A DNA stretch of 64,000 nt from Lama guanicoe. Lineage: Eukaryota. The stretch covers positions 3,433,922 to 3,497,921 of the forward strand of contig MU053482.1 of assembly GCA_013239625.1 (NCBI GenBank). Direction: 5' to 3'. The notes beneath the pieces were generated by a model. That model was not told where the DNA came from, did not search any database, and saw nothing but the letters and a program-made list of their open reading frames with translations. The position numbers and the translations under genes are program-made. Shown here piece after piece: positions 11,631-25,158 of this stretch; within the stretch, counting starts at the first letter, position 1, and each line of letters begins with the position of its first letter.

Positions 11631-13732
11631 GGGCCCTCCCCTTGGGCTCCACGTGGCTCTCCCAGTTTTCTTAGAGACCAGCTTAGTGGTTTGCTCTGGT
11701 TATTCCAAGCCCTTGCCCATGATAAGTGGGCCCTGAGAGTGTTGCCCCATCTGTTGTCAGACCTGTCCTTTGTCTCTGCAAAGTCCGAGCTCCCAGCCCA
11801 TGGATGAGCTCACCTGAAGACAGTGGCTGGAGCCATAATGGATGTCTTCAAGGAGAATCTGGGGCACCAGCTGAAGGGTACTGGCTTCCTCACTGGGGCA
11901 GAGGAGTGTGGACATGCCTCAGACACGCCTGGTGGGCTCTTGGCTTAGGCAGCCTTCCAGCTTTCTGATCATGGTTGGGCTATTTATTTATTTATTTACC
12001 CTTTCTTACCTGTTGCTCACCTTAGATGTCACCTTGGTTCTCCTTAGCAGGACTGGTCCTCAGGCAGCATTGGCTGAAGCTTGTTGGGGTGAAGTTGGCA
12101 AAGAGATAAAAACAGTGACCTGGTAGGCATGTGACGAGAAGCCAGAGTCTCATAAATCCTGTCTGAACCTGTCAGAACATGAGAGGGAGCCCAAGGCAAT
12201 GGCTCTTCCTCTAGGTGTGAGGACCTCATTGCTCAAGGTGAGCCTGCCTCTGAGGAATGATTGACAGGCATGAGCTGGCATCTTCCTTGAGACAGGATGC
12301 TTGACTCGGCTCCATGTGATGGATGGCAGGCTGGGGAAAGCCAGTGCTGGAGGCTCCGGGGCTTCAGCCTGGGTTTCCTGAACAACCTGTGCATCTGTTA
12401 TGCAAGGGCAGGGGCAGGGGAAAGGCAGGCTTCTGAAAAGGGGCCACCTTCATTTTCCAGGTATGAATAGCCCTGTCCCCAAAGAAGTGCTAACACATGT
12501 GGGCAGAGAAGGACCAGAGAGCCATGGCAAGCAGTGGGTGTATAGACAGGACAGGGAACTGTGGTTCCTGAAAAATCAGCTGTGGGTCTGTGAGAAGGAG
12601 ACCCGGCTAAGAGCCAGGAGGAAGACAGCAGCTTCCAGGGGGGTCGTAAGGCCCATATGGAGATCAGCTGACTTCTCTATACCCTGTAGGGGTCACTGGT
12701 GCCTGGAGGGAGGAAGGGCTCTAATGGGCTCTGGTGGGTCACCATTGTCTCTGAGTCTTTTGCTGGTGGCTGTAGGCCCTGGTTGTGGTGGGACAGTACC
12801 CGGGAGGCTGCTGGCCCCCTGGCACAGGAGGACAAGTAGGCAGCTGGTTGCTGGCTTTGGACATCACTGGGTGGCGGTGCTGGGGGGCTGGGTTCCCTCA
12901 GAGGCAGGAGGACTTGGGAGAAGGGAGTGCTGATGGTCTCACCTCCCAGCTGGTTAACTCCCTCCCTGGAGATCCTTGGACTTGGGGTGGTGCCATTTGA
13001 ACCATTACTAATTAGTTAATGAGGAAGGTGAGTGATCGTAAATCAGCATCACAAAGAAGCATGATCTTGTGGCATTTTAAACCAGCCTTGTGCCTACTTC
13101 CCCAAGAGTTTGTGAAGTCATCTTTTGGTGCTACAACGACAGATCAGAAGGACCTGAAATTGATGTTGATCAGTCTCTTTCCCATAACAGAGCTTTAGAT
13201 CTGTGCCTGCCCAGCAGGGCACAGGTCAGGCTGGAGGAAGGAGCAGGTACCAGGGAGGTGGGAGGCTAAGGGCTGGCTACCACCTGGCCTTGACTTTGTA
13301 AGTTGTCCCATCCCTGGTCCCCTGACTCCTCCTCTATGAAAATAGGAGGTTGGACTTGTTGATTGTCACGATCTCTTCTGGCTCCAATACCCCAAATTTC
13401 TAACTCTGTGAAACGCACTGTGATTTTCTCTCTTGAGATTGTTCATATGCTGGGACTCAAGAGTTTGGCTCATCTGCAGACAGCACGCTGGTAGATTTGA
13501 CATTGTCCTCACCTCGCCTGACCTTGGTGTTAGACCCCTGCAGGGTGATCTGCCCTCTGTCTCCTGAGACATTTGCCTACTCGAATGCTCCATGTACCCT
13601 GCAAACACAGTCCATGGCGGTAGTGACTGCAGGGAGGGGTGCCTACGGTATTACATACAGAGAGACATGTGTTAAGAGGAAGACATAAATAATTAGAAAT
13701 CTCTTGATGGTAGGGCCAGCTCCAGTGGTTAA

Positions 13733-14263
<531 letters not shown>

Positions 14264-15805
14264 TGAGTGGAGGGCCTAGAGCTGTGGGCTGGCACATGGG
14301 CTGCACCCTGTAGGCTCCATATGTTCTCTGGGCCCAGAACGCTGCTCTCTGTCCCTGTAGCCCACTGAGGGTGGTTCCAGCTTGGGTCCCTTAGTATACC
14401 CACACGTTGAATGGATTCAAGTCCTGGTGTTGATTGCTTTGCATGGAACCAGCTATTGCTGACTCAGCTCTTCCTGTGTGCTCCGTATCCTTAAAACAGG
14501 CTAGCCCCTGACCTGGGCAGCTGGTGCCCAGAGAGCTACGGGTCCACGAGAGGCAGGCTGACCCTGTCGATCGTCTTGCCCTGGTGGGTGTGCTGCCGGG
14601 CATGAGGCCTGCGGTGCTTACGAGCTGGCTGGTCCGCTGGGGCACTGAGCACGTCTCCAGGACCTTCAGCTGTGGCCTGAGCCCCTCTCCATGCTGTCAG
14701 CAGTGTTTGGCTGTGTCATTGGTAGGGACATTTTTGTCTATGGTATTGTCTGATCACCTCTTCCTGCTGCTCTCAAAAGCCATCCATTAGAAGGTGTAAA
14801 ATGAGATTAACATTCTCTCATGGGGACACCTGGAGTCAGAAAAGAAGATACTTCTTTAATAAGAAGCAAGGACAAAAAAAAGTAAAAGTATAAAAGCATG
14901 CATGGAAAAGATACATACCAACGTCCTTCCTCTGAGGATGGAGTGGGGCGGAGGAGGGAGGGGGTGGAGTTATTGGCTGTATCTGAGACGGTTTGTTTTT
15001 TCAAACATAGAAGAGATCTGAAACAATGATGAAAAATATTAATTGTTAGCTCTGAAAGGTAGATACATCCCAGTTTATCATATTATCTTCACTGCTTGTC
15101 TGTATGTTTAAAACATTTCAAAACTAAAAATTTTTTTTTTTAACTAAAGCAGAGGAGACAGCCGCCCTCCCCACTCCGTGCTCCCTCTTGTTTCTCCCTC
15201 TGCTGCATCTCTTATCCCCTCATGAATGGCTGTCCAGCTGCTTGTCTTCCCCAGCATGTTCAGATTTCTGCCACATACATCCTTCCCAAAGATGAATGAG
15301 TCCACTGGAAGGTGGGGATTTATCTATTTCGTCTCTGAGTGCGAGGCAGCTCCGGGAAGGCAGAGCATCCTTGGGCTTTGGGAATCAACCAGATGAGGGT
15401 CTGAAATTTGATTTTGTGGCTTCCTGTCTTCCTGTGATTTATCCTCTCTGGGTTCTCCATTTCCCCAGTTGTAGAATGGGTTGCAGTGAGGACCAAAATG
15501 AAATCTGCAGGAAGGATCTGACCCATAACACGTAAGCACTTGTTGACCGGGTGAATTGGGGTGATTACCAGATGAATCAGAAGCTTGGGGTTGGCAGAGC
15601 AGCAGACTGAGCACCCAGAAGTTTTTATCTTTACCTCCGAAGGACCCGTGTGTTTTCTCAACTGACAAGAATGGTGTTCACCCCCACCAGGGATACGGCT
15701 TTGCCTCTTCCTGTCCTGGTGCAGCTGCAGCTGGCTTGTGGTTTAATCACAGCACAGAGGTTGGCCCAGGACCTTCCTCCCTCCCCGTGGCCCCGTCTCT
15801 CCTCC

Positions 15806-16342
15806 TGTGTTGAGGGTCCCCAAGACCACCACCGGGTTCAATGGGTTGCTAGGACTCCTAGGACTCAGCACACAGCTCTACTCACGACTAGGATTTAGTA
15901 CAGTGAAAAGATGCAGAGCAAAGTCAGCACAGGAGGAGGTACACAGGGTGGAGTCTGGAGGAGGCCAGCGGCAGGCTTCCCAGGGGCCCCTCCCAGTGGC
16001 GTCACCAGAACACCGTTAATTCCTTCAACATCGAATTGTGACAGCACATGTGCAATATCCTACCATGGAAGCTCATTAGAGACTCGGCGCCCAGGGGTTT
16101 ACTGGGGCTGGCTGCACATCTGCAGAGCATATCACCCAATTCCAGGTTCCAAAAAGGAAATCAGGTGTTCAGCATAAACCATGTGTTTGTACAAACCTTT
16201 CAGGTCCAGTGAGCTGCTGTGCCCACTGTGGTGGGAATACTCCTCAGACCCGAGTTGCCGGCTGCCAGCCAAGGGCCAGCCTCGCAGCAGATCTTGCTAA
16301 GACAGTGGTCTCAGGCCTGCTAGGTGAACTCTGTTCTGCGTG
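15806..16342 (-). mobile_element. ERVL-class solo LTR (MER77/MER21-family) abutting the AMPD3 exon 4 acceptor
   Basis: GGGTCCCCAAGACCACC...GGAAGCTCATTAGAGACTC...CAGGTGTTCAGCATAAACCA...CAGGCCTGCTAGGTGAACTCTGTTCTGC matches the recalled MER77 consensus in reverse. Confidence 0.75.
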
Positions 16343-16355
16343 CCCTCTTCTGCAG

Positions 16356-16518
16356 ATCACTGTGGAGGACTACGAGCAGGCTGCCAAGAGCCTGGCCAAG
16401 GCCCTGATGATCCGGGAGAAGTATGCCCGGCTCGCCTATCACCGCTTCCCGCGGACCACAGCCCAGTACCTGGGTCATCGGCGGGTGGACGCTGCACCCC
16501 TGGAAGAGGGCCTCCCAG
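16356..16518 (+). CDS. AMPD3: AMPD3 exon 4 ([13 protein letters not shown]...EEGLP)
   Basis: CAG acceptor, CAG|GTAGGG donor, 163 nt. Confidence 0.97.
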
Positions 16519-16874
16519 GTAGGGCACCGTGGCTGCGAGTGGGGTACCAAGCGCAGCTCGGCCGAGGAGGTGGTCCGGACTTTTTCCTGGCTGCATTATT
16601 TCCCCCAGATGGTGTAGCATCTCCTATAATACTATGCTGGTACTGGTTCTCCCACATGTTTGTGTGCTGGGTACCTTGCCCTAGGTAGAGCTGAGCTGTA
16701 GAAGTTGAGAGAGAGGTGAAAGACAGTCCCTGATCTTGGGAGTCCCCCAGGAAGACAGGCAGTCTCATGCTGGATCTTTAAAACAGCACAATCAGACAGT
16801 AAATGCCGAATCAGTGGTGGGGTGGGAGGAGTGGAGATGGGTACAGAGGGTGTGTTCTGGGGCCTAGGAAGTCG

Positions 16875-17075
16875 ACTCTGGAGTCACATACCTGCACCCT
16901 GATCTAAGTTCTGCCACTTTCTTGGGCAAAGAAGGTATTTCTCCAAATCTCAGTTTCTCGATCTGTGAAATGGGAATATAATAATATCCATCTCTTGGGC
17001 TGAAACAAGAGAATGCACACGAAGTGGTTAGCATGGTCTGGCATCTCATGAGTGTTCAGTAAGTGGCAGCTATGT
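16875..17075 (+). mobile_element. MIR SINE relic
   Basis: CTCTGGAGTCA...CTCAGTTTCTCGATCTGTGAAATGGGAATATAATAA core. Confidence 0.7.
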
Positions 17076-18601
17076 TGATGCTGTGGATTCTGGGGAAGGG
17101 GAGATCGGAGAAGGCAGAATCATTTCTGGTGGAGTCTGTTTGGCCTGTGAAGGACCCAGGAGCAGTAGAGGCTGTAAGTTAAGTAACATGAATGAAGACA
17201 ACAGGAAATCTCATTCTGGAAAGCTGGTAATGGGGGATCAGGTGAGGGCCCAGTGGTCTGTGCTGGTGCCTAGGACCTGGCTGCCCCCTGGGTGGAGTTG
17301 GTCCCAAGGTATCTCCTGTCTCTGGCTTCCTTGAAGCTCTGAGACCTGGACTTGGAGCATCTGTCACCCCCTGGGGCCCATTTCCCTGTCTGTCTGAGGG
17401 AAGTTGGTCCCACCTGCCCCAGTGTTGGCAAGGGCAGGCAGGAATGTCAAATGTGCACTTTGTACAAAACGGCGTTCCCCAGGGGGCCTTGGCACGAATG
17501 TGGTGAGTGGAAACTGGCTTCACCCAAGTCTCTGTGCTGCCTGTGTCTCTCAGTCTCCAGCACATGTAGGGGCTCCTGAGCCAGCCCGTGACCATGCCTG
17601 ATGAGGGGACATCAGCTCCCAGCTTTGTGCTGCTCCAGCCCCCGTGACACCTCATGTCTGCTCTGGGGGAAGTCTGCTTTGAACACTGATGGGGGATGCC
17701 CAGGCAGTCACCCCACTTGGTTCCTTCCTTTGATGAAGATTCCAGGGTTTCCTCTGCCTGGGTGGGCAGCTGGACCCTGTGTAGGGCTGGCTGATGTGCA
17801 GAGTTGAAGCCCCCAGTCCTACTGCTGTTTAGCATAACCCGTTCCCTGGCCAGAGCAGAACTTATCGGGTCAGGAAAACCCATGATGAGAGTAATGGGGA
17901 TGATGCCCTTCGGTTCATTCCTGTTTACAAAGCATTTTCCTCTACCCACTACGGCCGCCCGCACAACAGCTGGTGGAGGCTGGGGTGTCTCCCTCGGCTG
18001 AGCAGACAGCTTTGGGAGTTGGAGTGGTCGGCTCAAGTCTCGTAGCTGGGAAGCAGGCAGGAGGCGTTTCCTGCCTCCTGTGGGGACAGACAGCTCAGTC
18101 TCGGGGGCAGACACGCTCTCTGTCCCGTGCTTGTTGGTGGGGGTGGCTCCCTCACCTAGCCCCCTGGCCGCCCTGGGCTCAGGAAGGTGTGGGGAGACAG
18201 GGAGCTATTCCCACTGGGCCGTCCCAGGCCGTCTCTTATAGAAGATGCGGGTACCTTTTTTACACCTCTTGTCCCTGAAGTAGCTGGGAGGCTGAAGCTC
18301 ATTTCAGTTAAATTTTATAAATGTCTTGAAGTGCCAGCCATGGGCCAGGATCTGTTGTAGGAAATGGGGATTCAGCAGTGAACAAAATGAACATGTACTA
18401 CCCAAGATAAATAAGAGAAGTTATTTTACGTAGTGGTAGATGCTAAGGAGACAAAGCAGGGAAGGGGATGTGAGATGTCGGGGCGGGTGGGGGTGGTTGC
18501 GTTTTAGATCAGACCACCAGGACTGGCCACACGGAGAATGTGACTTTTGAGCCCCTGCGAGCTCCTGAGTGACCTTGCTGTCACTCAGTCCTGTTTTGCA
18601 G

Positions 18602-18821
18602 ATTTCCACCCTCCACCGCTGCCCCAGGAAGACCCTTACTGCCTGGATGACACGCCCCCCAACCTGGGCTACCTGGTCCGCATGCAGGGGGGCATCCCCT
18701 TCGTGTATGACAACAAGAGGATGCTGGAGCACCAGGAGCCCCACAGCTTGCCCTACCCCGACCTGGAGACCTACACGGTGGACATGAGCCACATCCTGGC
18801 TCTCATCACCGACGGCCCCAC
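18602..18821 (+). CDS. AMPD3: AMPD3 exon 5 ([13 protein letters not shown]...LITDGPT)
   Basis: CAG acceptor, AC|GTAAGC donor, 220 nt. Confidence 0.97.
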
Positions 18822-20746
18822 GTAAGCCAGCGTTCCCCCTCTCTTTGCCACTCCGTAGGAGGGACTGGGAAAGGCCAGCGAGGTATCCTTTTGCTCTGGG
18901 CTTTCCCTCAGTTAAGCCATCCCAGAAAGAGTGGTTTCCCCTTTCCCTAGTGCTTTGTGGGTTTCTGCAGCAATTTTCCATCGTAGGCTGGCCTGTTTTT
19001 AGAGCTGGTATGACCTGCCTGTTCTGCACTCACGGGTGTGGAGACCTGTACGCCTTGAAATGGCTGTCACCCCTCGCCCCAGGTAGGGTGGCAGCCTTGA
19101 AGAGAGTTACCAGTGCAGGGCAGCACTGCAGATGGTGGGGGCGCAATGAAGACTGTTGCTTCCTATGTTGGGTTTTCTGTGTTTCTGGAGGGGATAGTGC
19201 CGGGAGCCTGGGAACTCTGAGCCATGACCCCCATGATGCTTATGGGCTGGGCTCGCTCGAGCCAACCTGGCAGGGAGCTGTCCTGAATTTGGGCCCTCGC
19301 TTCTTGGTGGGCACTTAGGCCAGTCAGTGATGGAGGCTGGTATGCCCGGGCCCTGGGCCTCTTGAGTGTCTGCTCTGTGAGTGCCCGGCCAGGACTGGGA
19401 GTCTGGGGAGGGAGAGCGGGCTGGTCATGGCTGAGGGGACTTCTCTCTTGCCCTGCCTTTTGGGTTTTGCTGTGAGTCGGGTGATGCCAGTTTCTCAGGG
19501 AGAAGAGCAGGCCCCAGGGGGTGAGTGGCGTGGGTCTGGGTCCTTGGTGATCTGAGGGCAGAGCTGTGACCTGGGAGGGGAAAGGGCAGTTCCCAGGAGC
19601 TTGGCTTGGCCATTGTGAGCTGGAGCTTTGAGGGGAAGCCTTGGGGACGCTGCTGTCCCAGGAGGCGTGTGAGCAGTGGCTGTTCTGTCAGGGAGGCTCT
19701 CAGGGCGAGTCCCCCTGGGGAAAGGGACTGAGTGAGATGACCTTGGGAATCCCTTCTGGCTCTGAGACTCCCGTGCTCTGCTCTGGGGCTCATCCTGGCA
19801 GACAGATGGTGGTGCTGTCCTGGGGTTGGCAGCTGCTCTTTATGAAAGTCCAAGTGACTGCATGTCAAGAAAGCTGTGTGTGTTTGGAGGCCACAAGGAA
19901 GCAGGGTGGCGTGAATCGGGGTTGAAGGTTCCGTGTGGCTGTGGGCAGAGGCATGTGGCCAGACACCTGGGCTGAGTGTGGGCGGGCAACTGACTGAGAA
20001 CAGGGGGTGCTCTCACCCCCAGGGGCCTTTGCCAGCTGGTGGGGACATTAGTCCTTGCAGAGATTTGTTTTGGTAACAAACATCCCTGTGTTCCTAATCT
20101 GCCCGTGATGCAAAACATCCTCCTCTCGTCCTGAAATCTCAGAGTCGGGAGGTCTTCAGGTCTCGGGATTTGGGGGGTGCCATTTGGTCACAGGTGGTTC
20201 TCTGCAGCCAAGGTGGGCAGGTCACACCTTGGAGTTTGACTGTATTACTGATCTTCTGGGCAGAAGTTAAACTCCTTTCAAGGAATTGAAAGTGGCTGAG
20301 GATAGATGGGAGGATAGAAAGATGGAAAGGCTGAAGGAGGGAGACTTTCACTGAGCATCCACTAAGCTCAGAGCTGGACCCTTTACGCACATAAGCCAGT
20401 TTAACCCTCACTTCAGTCTTGGGCATTGTCATCTCCATATTTGTTCACGGGAGACAGAAGCTTGAGATAATTGTCTGTGCGTATAAAACTCGAAGTTTAG
20501 GAATGTATATGAGATTGCAGAATCTGCTCTCTACTGCTCCGTATCCACTCCATGCTTTTCATAGAGCACACAGACGTGGTCAGCGGTTCAGCCAGGCCTG
20601 CAGAAGGCCAGCCCCTCCGTACCCCTTGCTGCTCCATCCTGACCTTCCACCCAAGAGTCAGTCCCTGCTGATGTCGGAGGTCTCCAGACTGGAGAGCTTG
20701 ATGTGACCTCTCCTCAACTGTGGTTTCTTCCCTTCCCAACCTGCAG

Positions 20747-20876
20747 GAAAACATATTGTCACCGGCGACTGAACTTTCTGGAATCCAAGTTCAGCCTTCA
20801 CGAGATGTTAAATGAAATGTCCGAGTTCAAAGAATTGAAGAGTAACCCCCACCGAGACTTCTATAATGTGAGAAAG
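20747..20876 (+). CDS. AMPD3: AMPD3 exon 6 ([15 protein letters not shown]...HRDFYNVRK)
   Basis: CAG acceptor, AAG|GTGTGT donor, 130 nt. Confidence 0.97.
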
Positions 20877-23800
20877 GTGTGTTCGTGGGCCAGCGTTCAG
20901 AGTCCCTACTCCCCGGCCTCCCACCCCCCGGGATGCCCTGAGCCAGTTTGGGGCCGGTCCCCCGTGTGGCCTTCCTTAGCCAGAGGGGAGTGATGTGCAG
21001 TGTGCAGAAGACTGGCCAGTTGCCTTCCCTGCTTCAGGTGGTTCTTGGCGTGACTCTAGGTGGAAACCTTTGTCCATGTGTATCTGTTGGAATGTGCCCT
21101 CCTTGAAAAATAGGTCATGGTCTGTCAATTGGTTAAAAAAAAAGAGTTGAGGCAAGGCTACTTTTAAGGTAGAGAACTTATTAAATTTATCGTGGATCAA
21201 GAAAGCTATTAAGGCCCTTTTGACTTGGGAGTTTGTGGTTCTGTCTCCTGGTTCAGGCGTATTTAAGGAAGAGCGTCCGACGTGCCCCTGTGTCTGGGCC
21301 TCCCCTTGAGGGGATGAGCAGTCTGCAGAGGCCGCGGCTGGGGCAGACACATGGGGTAAATGACCACGGCCTCCGGCTTTTCCGTTTTCCTCCGTGTGAC
21401 TCATGCGCAGCGAGCATGGGACAGTGCCAAGCGTGGGGCCTCTGATGCTGAAGAAGAGTCACTTCCTGTCCACAGGCAGTTCCCAGCCTGTTACCGTTAG
21501 TGTGGAAAGTGTGTGACAGGGCGTCTTTCAGGAAGAGGCCAGAACCGGGCTGACTGTGAGTAGGGGTTAGCCAGGCAGGGGTGGGACTGGGAGTGGAAGT
21601 GATGGCACCGCAGGTGGAGGGAGCAGCCTGTGCTCACGGCAGGCGGGGTGGGGAGAGCCCATGGGGGTGCGGACGTAACTGCTGGTGGTGCGGTGTGGCT
21701 GGAGCTCAGGGGTCGGGGGGAGGGCGGTGGTGGGTTGTGGCGAGTGAGGCTGCAGATGTGTGTGAGGTTTGGATCACGCAGGCTTGTCTCAGGAACTGGG
21801 GAGGTCGTGCAGGGGGTATGGCCGTGTCCTGGGAGAGAAGCTCCTGGGGAAAGAGTGGGGTTGGGCTTTACCTGGAGGAGGGATGGTGGGACCTGAGCTG
21901 AGTACAGTGGGGCCGTCATCACCACAGGGGCCTCTGTCCTGGATGTGACTCCCTGAGGATTGCCCCTCCCTGGGGTCAGCTTTGATAAGGGAGGGTAGGC
22001 CAGGGGAGGTTGTGTCTCCTCTGGGAAGCCCCGCTCAGGCCTTCCTGACCCCCTACTGGGAACACTCAGCAATGCTACCTGGAAGGCCTCCTCCTGGGAG
22101 GCCCCGAGCTCACCTCTGCTAAGCATCACGGGGTCCAGTGTGGGCTCCCACTTGGAGGCCACCAAGAGCCTTAAGAGTGCAAGTTAGACTTCAGCTCCTG
22201 GGCTCTGAAGCTCCTGGAGGAGTCTTGGGGATTTCTAGGCAGAGACGAAAAGACATGTGTTAGATGCCACCTATGCAGCATTTTCACCTTCTAGCACCAT
22301 GTTTCTCCTCTCTGGTGCGCAGATGGGTGGGTGTCCCAGTCATTGGGCCAGCTCCTCTCAGCCCTGCCCGAATGCAGCCTACACGCCCTGATGGGTGTCC
22401 GTGGAAACTCCTTGTGCAGCCCTGCCCTCCGCATACGTGTATGCCCTGGGCCTGCCTGCTTCCTTCTGCCGGCGGCCCTGTCCTCGCTGAGTGCCCTGAC
22501 TCCGACACTTTGCCTCGCAGGCGGGGCCCCAGAGGGTGTTCCTGGGCTAACCAGCTGCTCTCTGGCCATGAAGTGGGTGAGAGTCCTGGGTGGGGAGGGC
22601 TTGGTTACATACCAGAGCCAATCCTCGGGGCTCCCTGTCAGTGGGGGTTCATGTGCTCTCTGGACAGAGATGGCCTTACGCCCTGTGCAGTGACACAGTG
22701 GTCTGCTCTCTGGCACTGCAGTGGGCCCAGGTCTGCTCCAAGTCAGGCTGGGCCTGCCCCTCCTTGCCTTCTGGATGCCGGCTGCCTCCTTACCCTGGAA
22801 GCCTCTGCTGGGGGAGGAGAGCCAGCTTTCTGAATCCAGGATGGGCTGGGAGGATGGCCTCCATACGTCCAAGGTGGCTGTCGGTGTCGTGGGAGCAGGC
22901 CAGGGCCATGCCCTGAGGCAGGAGCTGTGCATGGCCATGGGTCAGGGTTGGCGATATTTGTGAAATGACCTGCAACATCACAGCAGGTCATGGAATTGTG
23001 GCACCAGGAGTCCCACATAGGAGGATTGTGTACTGAGACCATTGTTTGCTGCTAAGAGCTAAGAGCAAGGGACTGAATGTGTTTGCTGCTCGGGAGTTGG
23101 GTAGGATTAGTGTCATATAGCAGGGATAGCAAATAGGTTTCATCTTCTTTGCCAAACTTGACCTGAGGCTACCCCTGAAGCCTAGAGAAGAGTGCTGCAA
23201 TTGATTACTGATGTCTGCCATGGGTGTGGAAATGGCCAGTGTTGGTTTAGGGGCCAAGGATGGGCCAGCCCTGTTTAGAAACTGTTTAGACCTGGAGCTT
23301 AGGTGAAAGCAAGGCATGCTCGTGCACCTTGTGTGTGGAAAATGCTGACTTTCAATGACAGGCTATTTTACTTGTTCCTAAAATAATTGCCTTGGTAATT
23401 TTGAAGTTCAGATCAGATGCTTTCTGAATTATCCAGTTGTTTTCCTCCTCATCTTGTGACTCATGAGGGGTGAGGACAGGTTGCACCCCCTGTGGTGTGT
23501 CATTGGTATGCTGGAGGACAGCAAGAAAGCCCGGAATGTGCTAAGTCATGCTGAGGTAGTCGAGCCCAGCTGTGTCAGGCTGACCTTCGGTGCAGCCCAC
23601 GTGAGCCCAGCCGCCTCCGAGGTGCCCGAGCCTGTGTACGGTGCTTTGGGTGATGGTTTAACTTTTGGTGCTTCCTTTCTCTGGTGCTAGTGGTCTGTCT
23701 TTCTGGTAGGAGTGGCAGGATTAAGAGTCAGAAGGGCCCTGGTGAGTGAGTGATGAGCTGATGACTAGGCTGGTTGGTAGAACACTCACCGAGGTTCAGT

Positions 23801-24229
23801 AGATCAAATGTCTGGTTTGGCACGACTTGGAGGTGCCTGGCCAGCTGTGGACAGCATTCCCTGGCCTGAGGTCAGCCATCTCCTCACCCAGCCCTGGCAG
23901 AGTGGCTGGTTGGCCGCAGCAGGAACTGTGGAGTGAGGTCTGGGGACTGGAGGTACCCTGGTCCGTGCGGCTGCTGCTTCCTTCTCTGGGGACCTCCCTC
24001 AGGCCCCTTGGGCTCATGCAAGGGGATCGGGATGCTCACCGTGACTTCAGGCCATCCCTCAGCAGAGCCAGGTCTCTGTTTCTTTAGGGCTGATGGCTGA
24101 GGGGAATGCTCTGGGGATTCCAAGAAAGGTCAATGGGAAGTATGGGGTTTTGTAGGGGTTTTGGTGGGCCCTCAGGGTTCTATGAGGATGTGGATCTCAC
24201 TGAAACTATCGGAACCTCCCACACCTGTC

Positions 24230-24800
24230 CACTGGTCCATTCATCCATCCATTGATTCAGGTCATACCAGGCTCTGGGTGGGCACTGGAGACTTAGATGC
24301 ATCAAAGATGATCCCTGTCCTTGAGGACTGAGCTCCCAGTCTAGTAACAAAGAAGACAGAAAATTATTAGAGTGGATTGGAGGATGTGTACGGTGATGGG
24401 AGTGTCTGTGTTGGGGTGTCAGGTTGGGCAAGGGAAAAACTGATCCATTGTTCTTGGAGGGTCAGGACTGGCTTCCAAGTGGGGGAGGTTGTAGGAAATG
24501 TCCAGGTGGATAAGATTGGTGAGGAGGAAGGCAGGCAGGCTCAGGAGACTCGGTGTGGACTAGCGTGGTGCCTCGGGCACCTGGAAGTGGAGTGTTTCTG
24601 GACGGGGCGTGGAGCAGGGCAGTGGCCAGAGGAGACTGAAGGCTTGAAGTAAGCCTTGAACCCCAGGCTACAGAGCTCGGGCTTTATCTTGGAGACTTGG
24701 AGGCCACTGATGACTTGTCAACAGGGGAGTGGCCGGATCCCATCTACATTTAAAAAAGATCCTTTGATGCTGTAAGGTGGATTAGGCAGCAAGGCCAGAA
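24230..24800 (-). mobile_element. L2 relic
   Basis: CATTCATCCATCCATTGATTC tail, followed by a purine-rich L2-like body. Confidence 0.5.
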
Positions 24801-24873
24801 GGAGAAAGACCAGTTTCAAAGTCTAGAGGAGAAGTGGGGTAGGGGCTCCAGCATTGGTCCCGTGAGGTCCTGA

Positions 24874-25158
<285 letters not shown>

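Noticed and set aside
17179..18114. 311-aa minus-strand ORF, and similar long ORFs at 21497-22165, 22291-22938, 30235-30894 and 32431-33234
   Set aside because: Pro/Ser/Arg/Gly-rich with no recognisable domains; expected by chance in GC-rich introns or as antisense shadows of AMPD3 exons.
21560..21900. G-run-rich intronic stretch with G-quadruplex potential
   Set aside because: Such runs are common throughout this GC-rich gene and nothing distinguishes this one.
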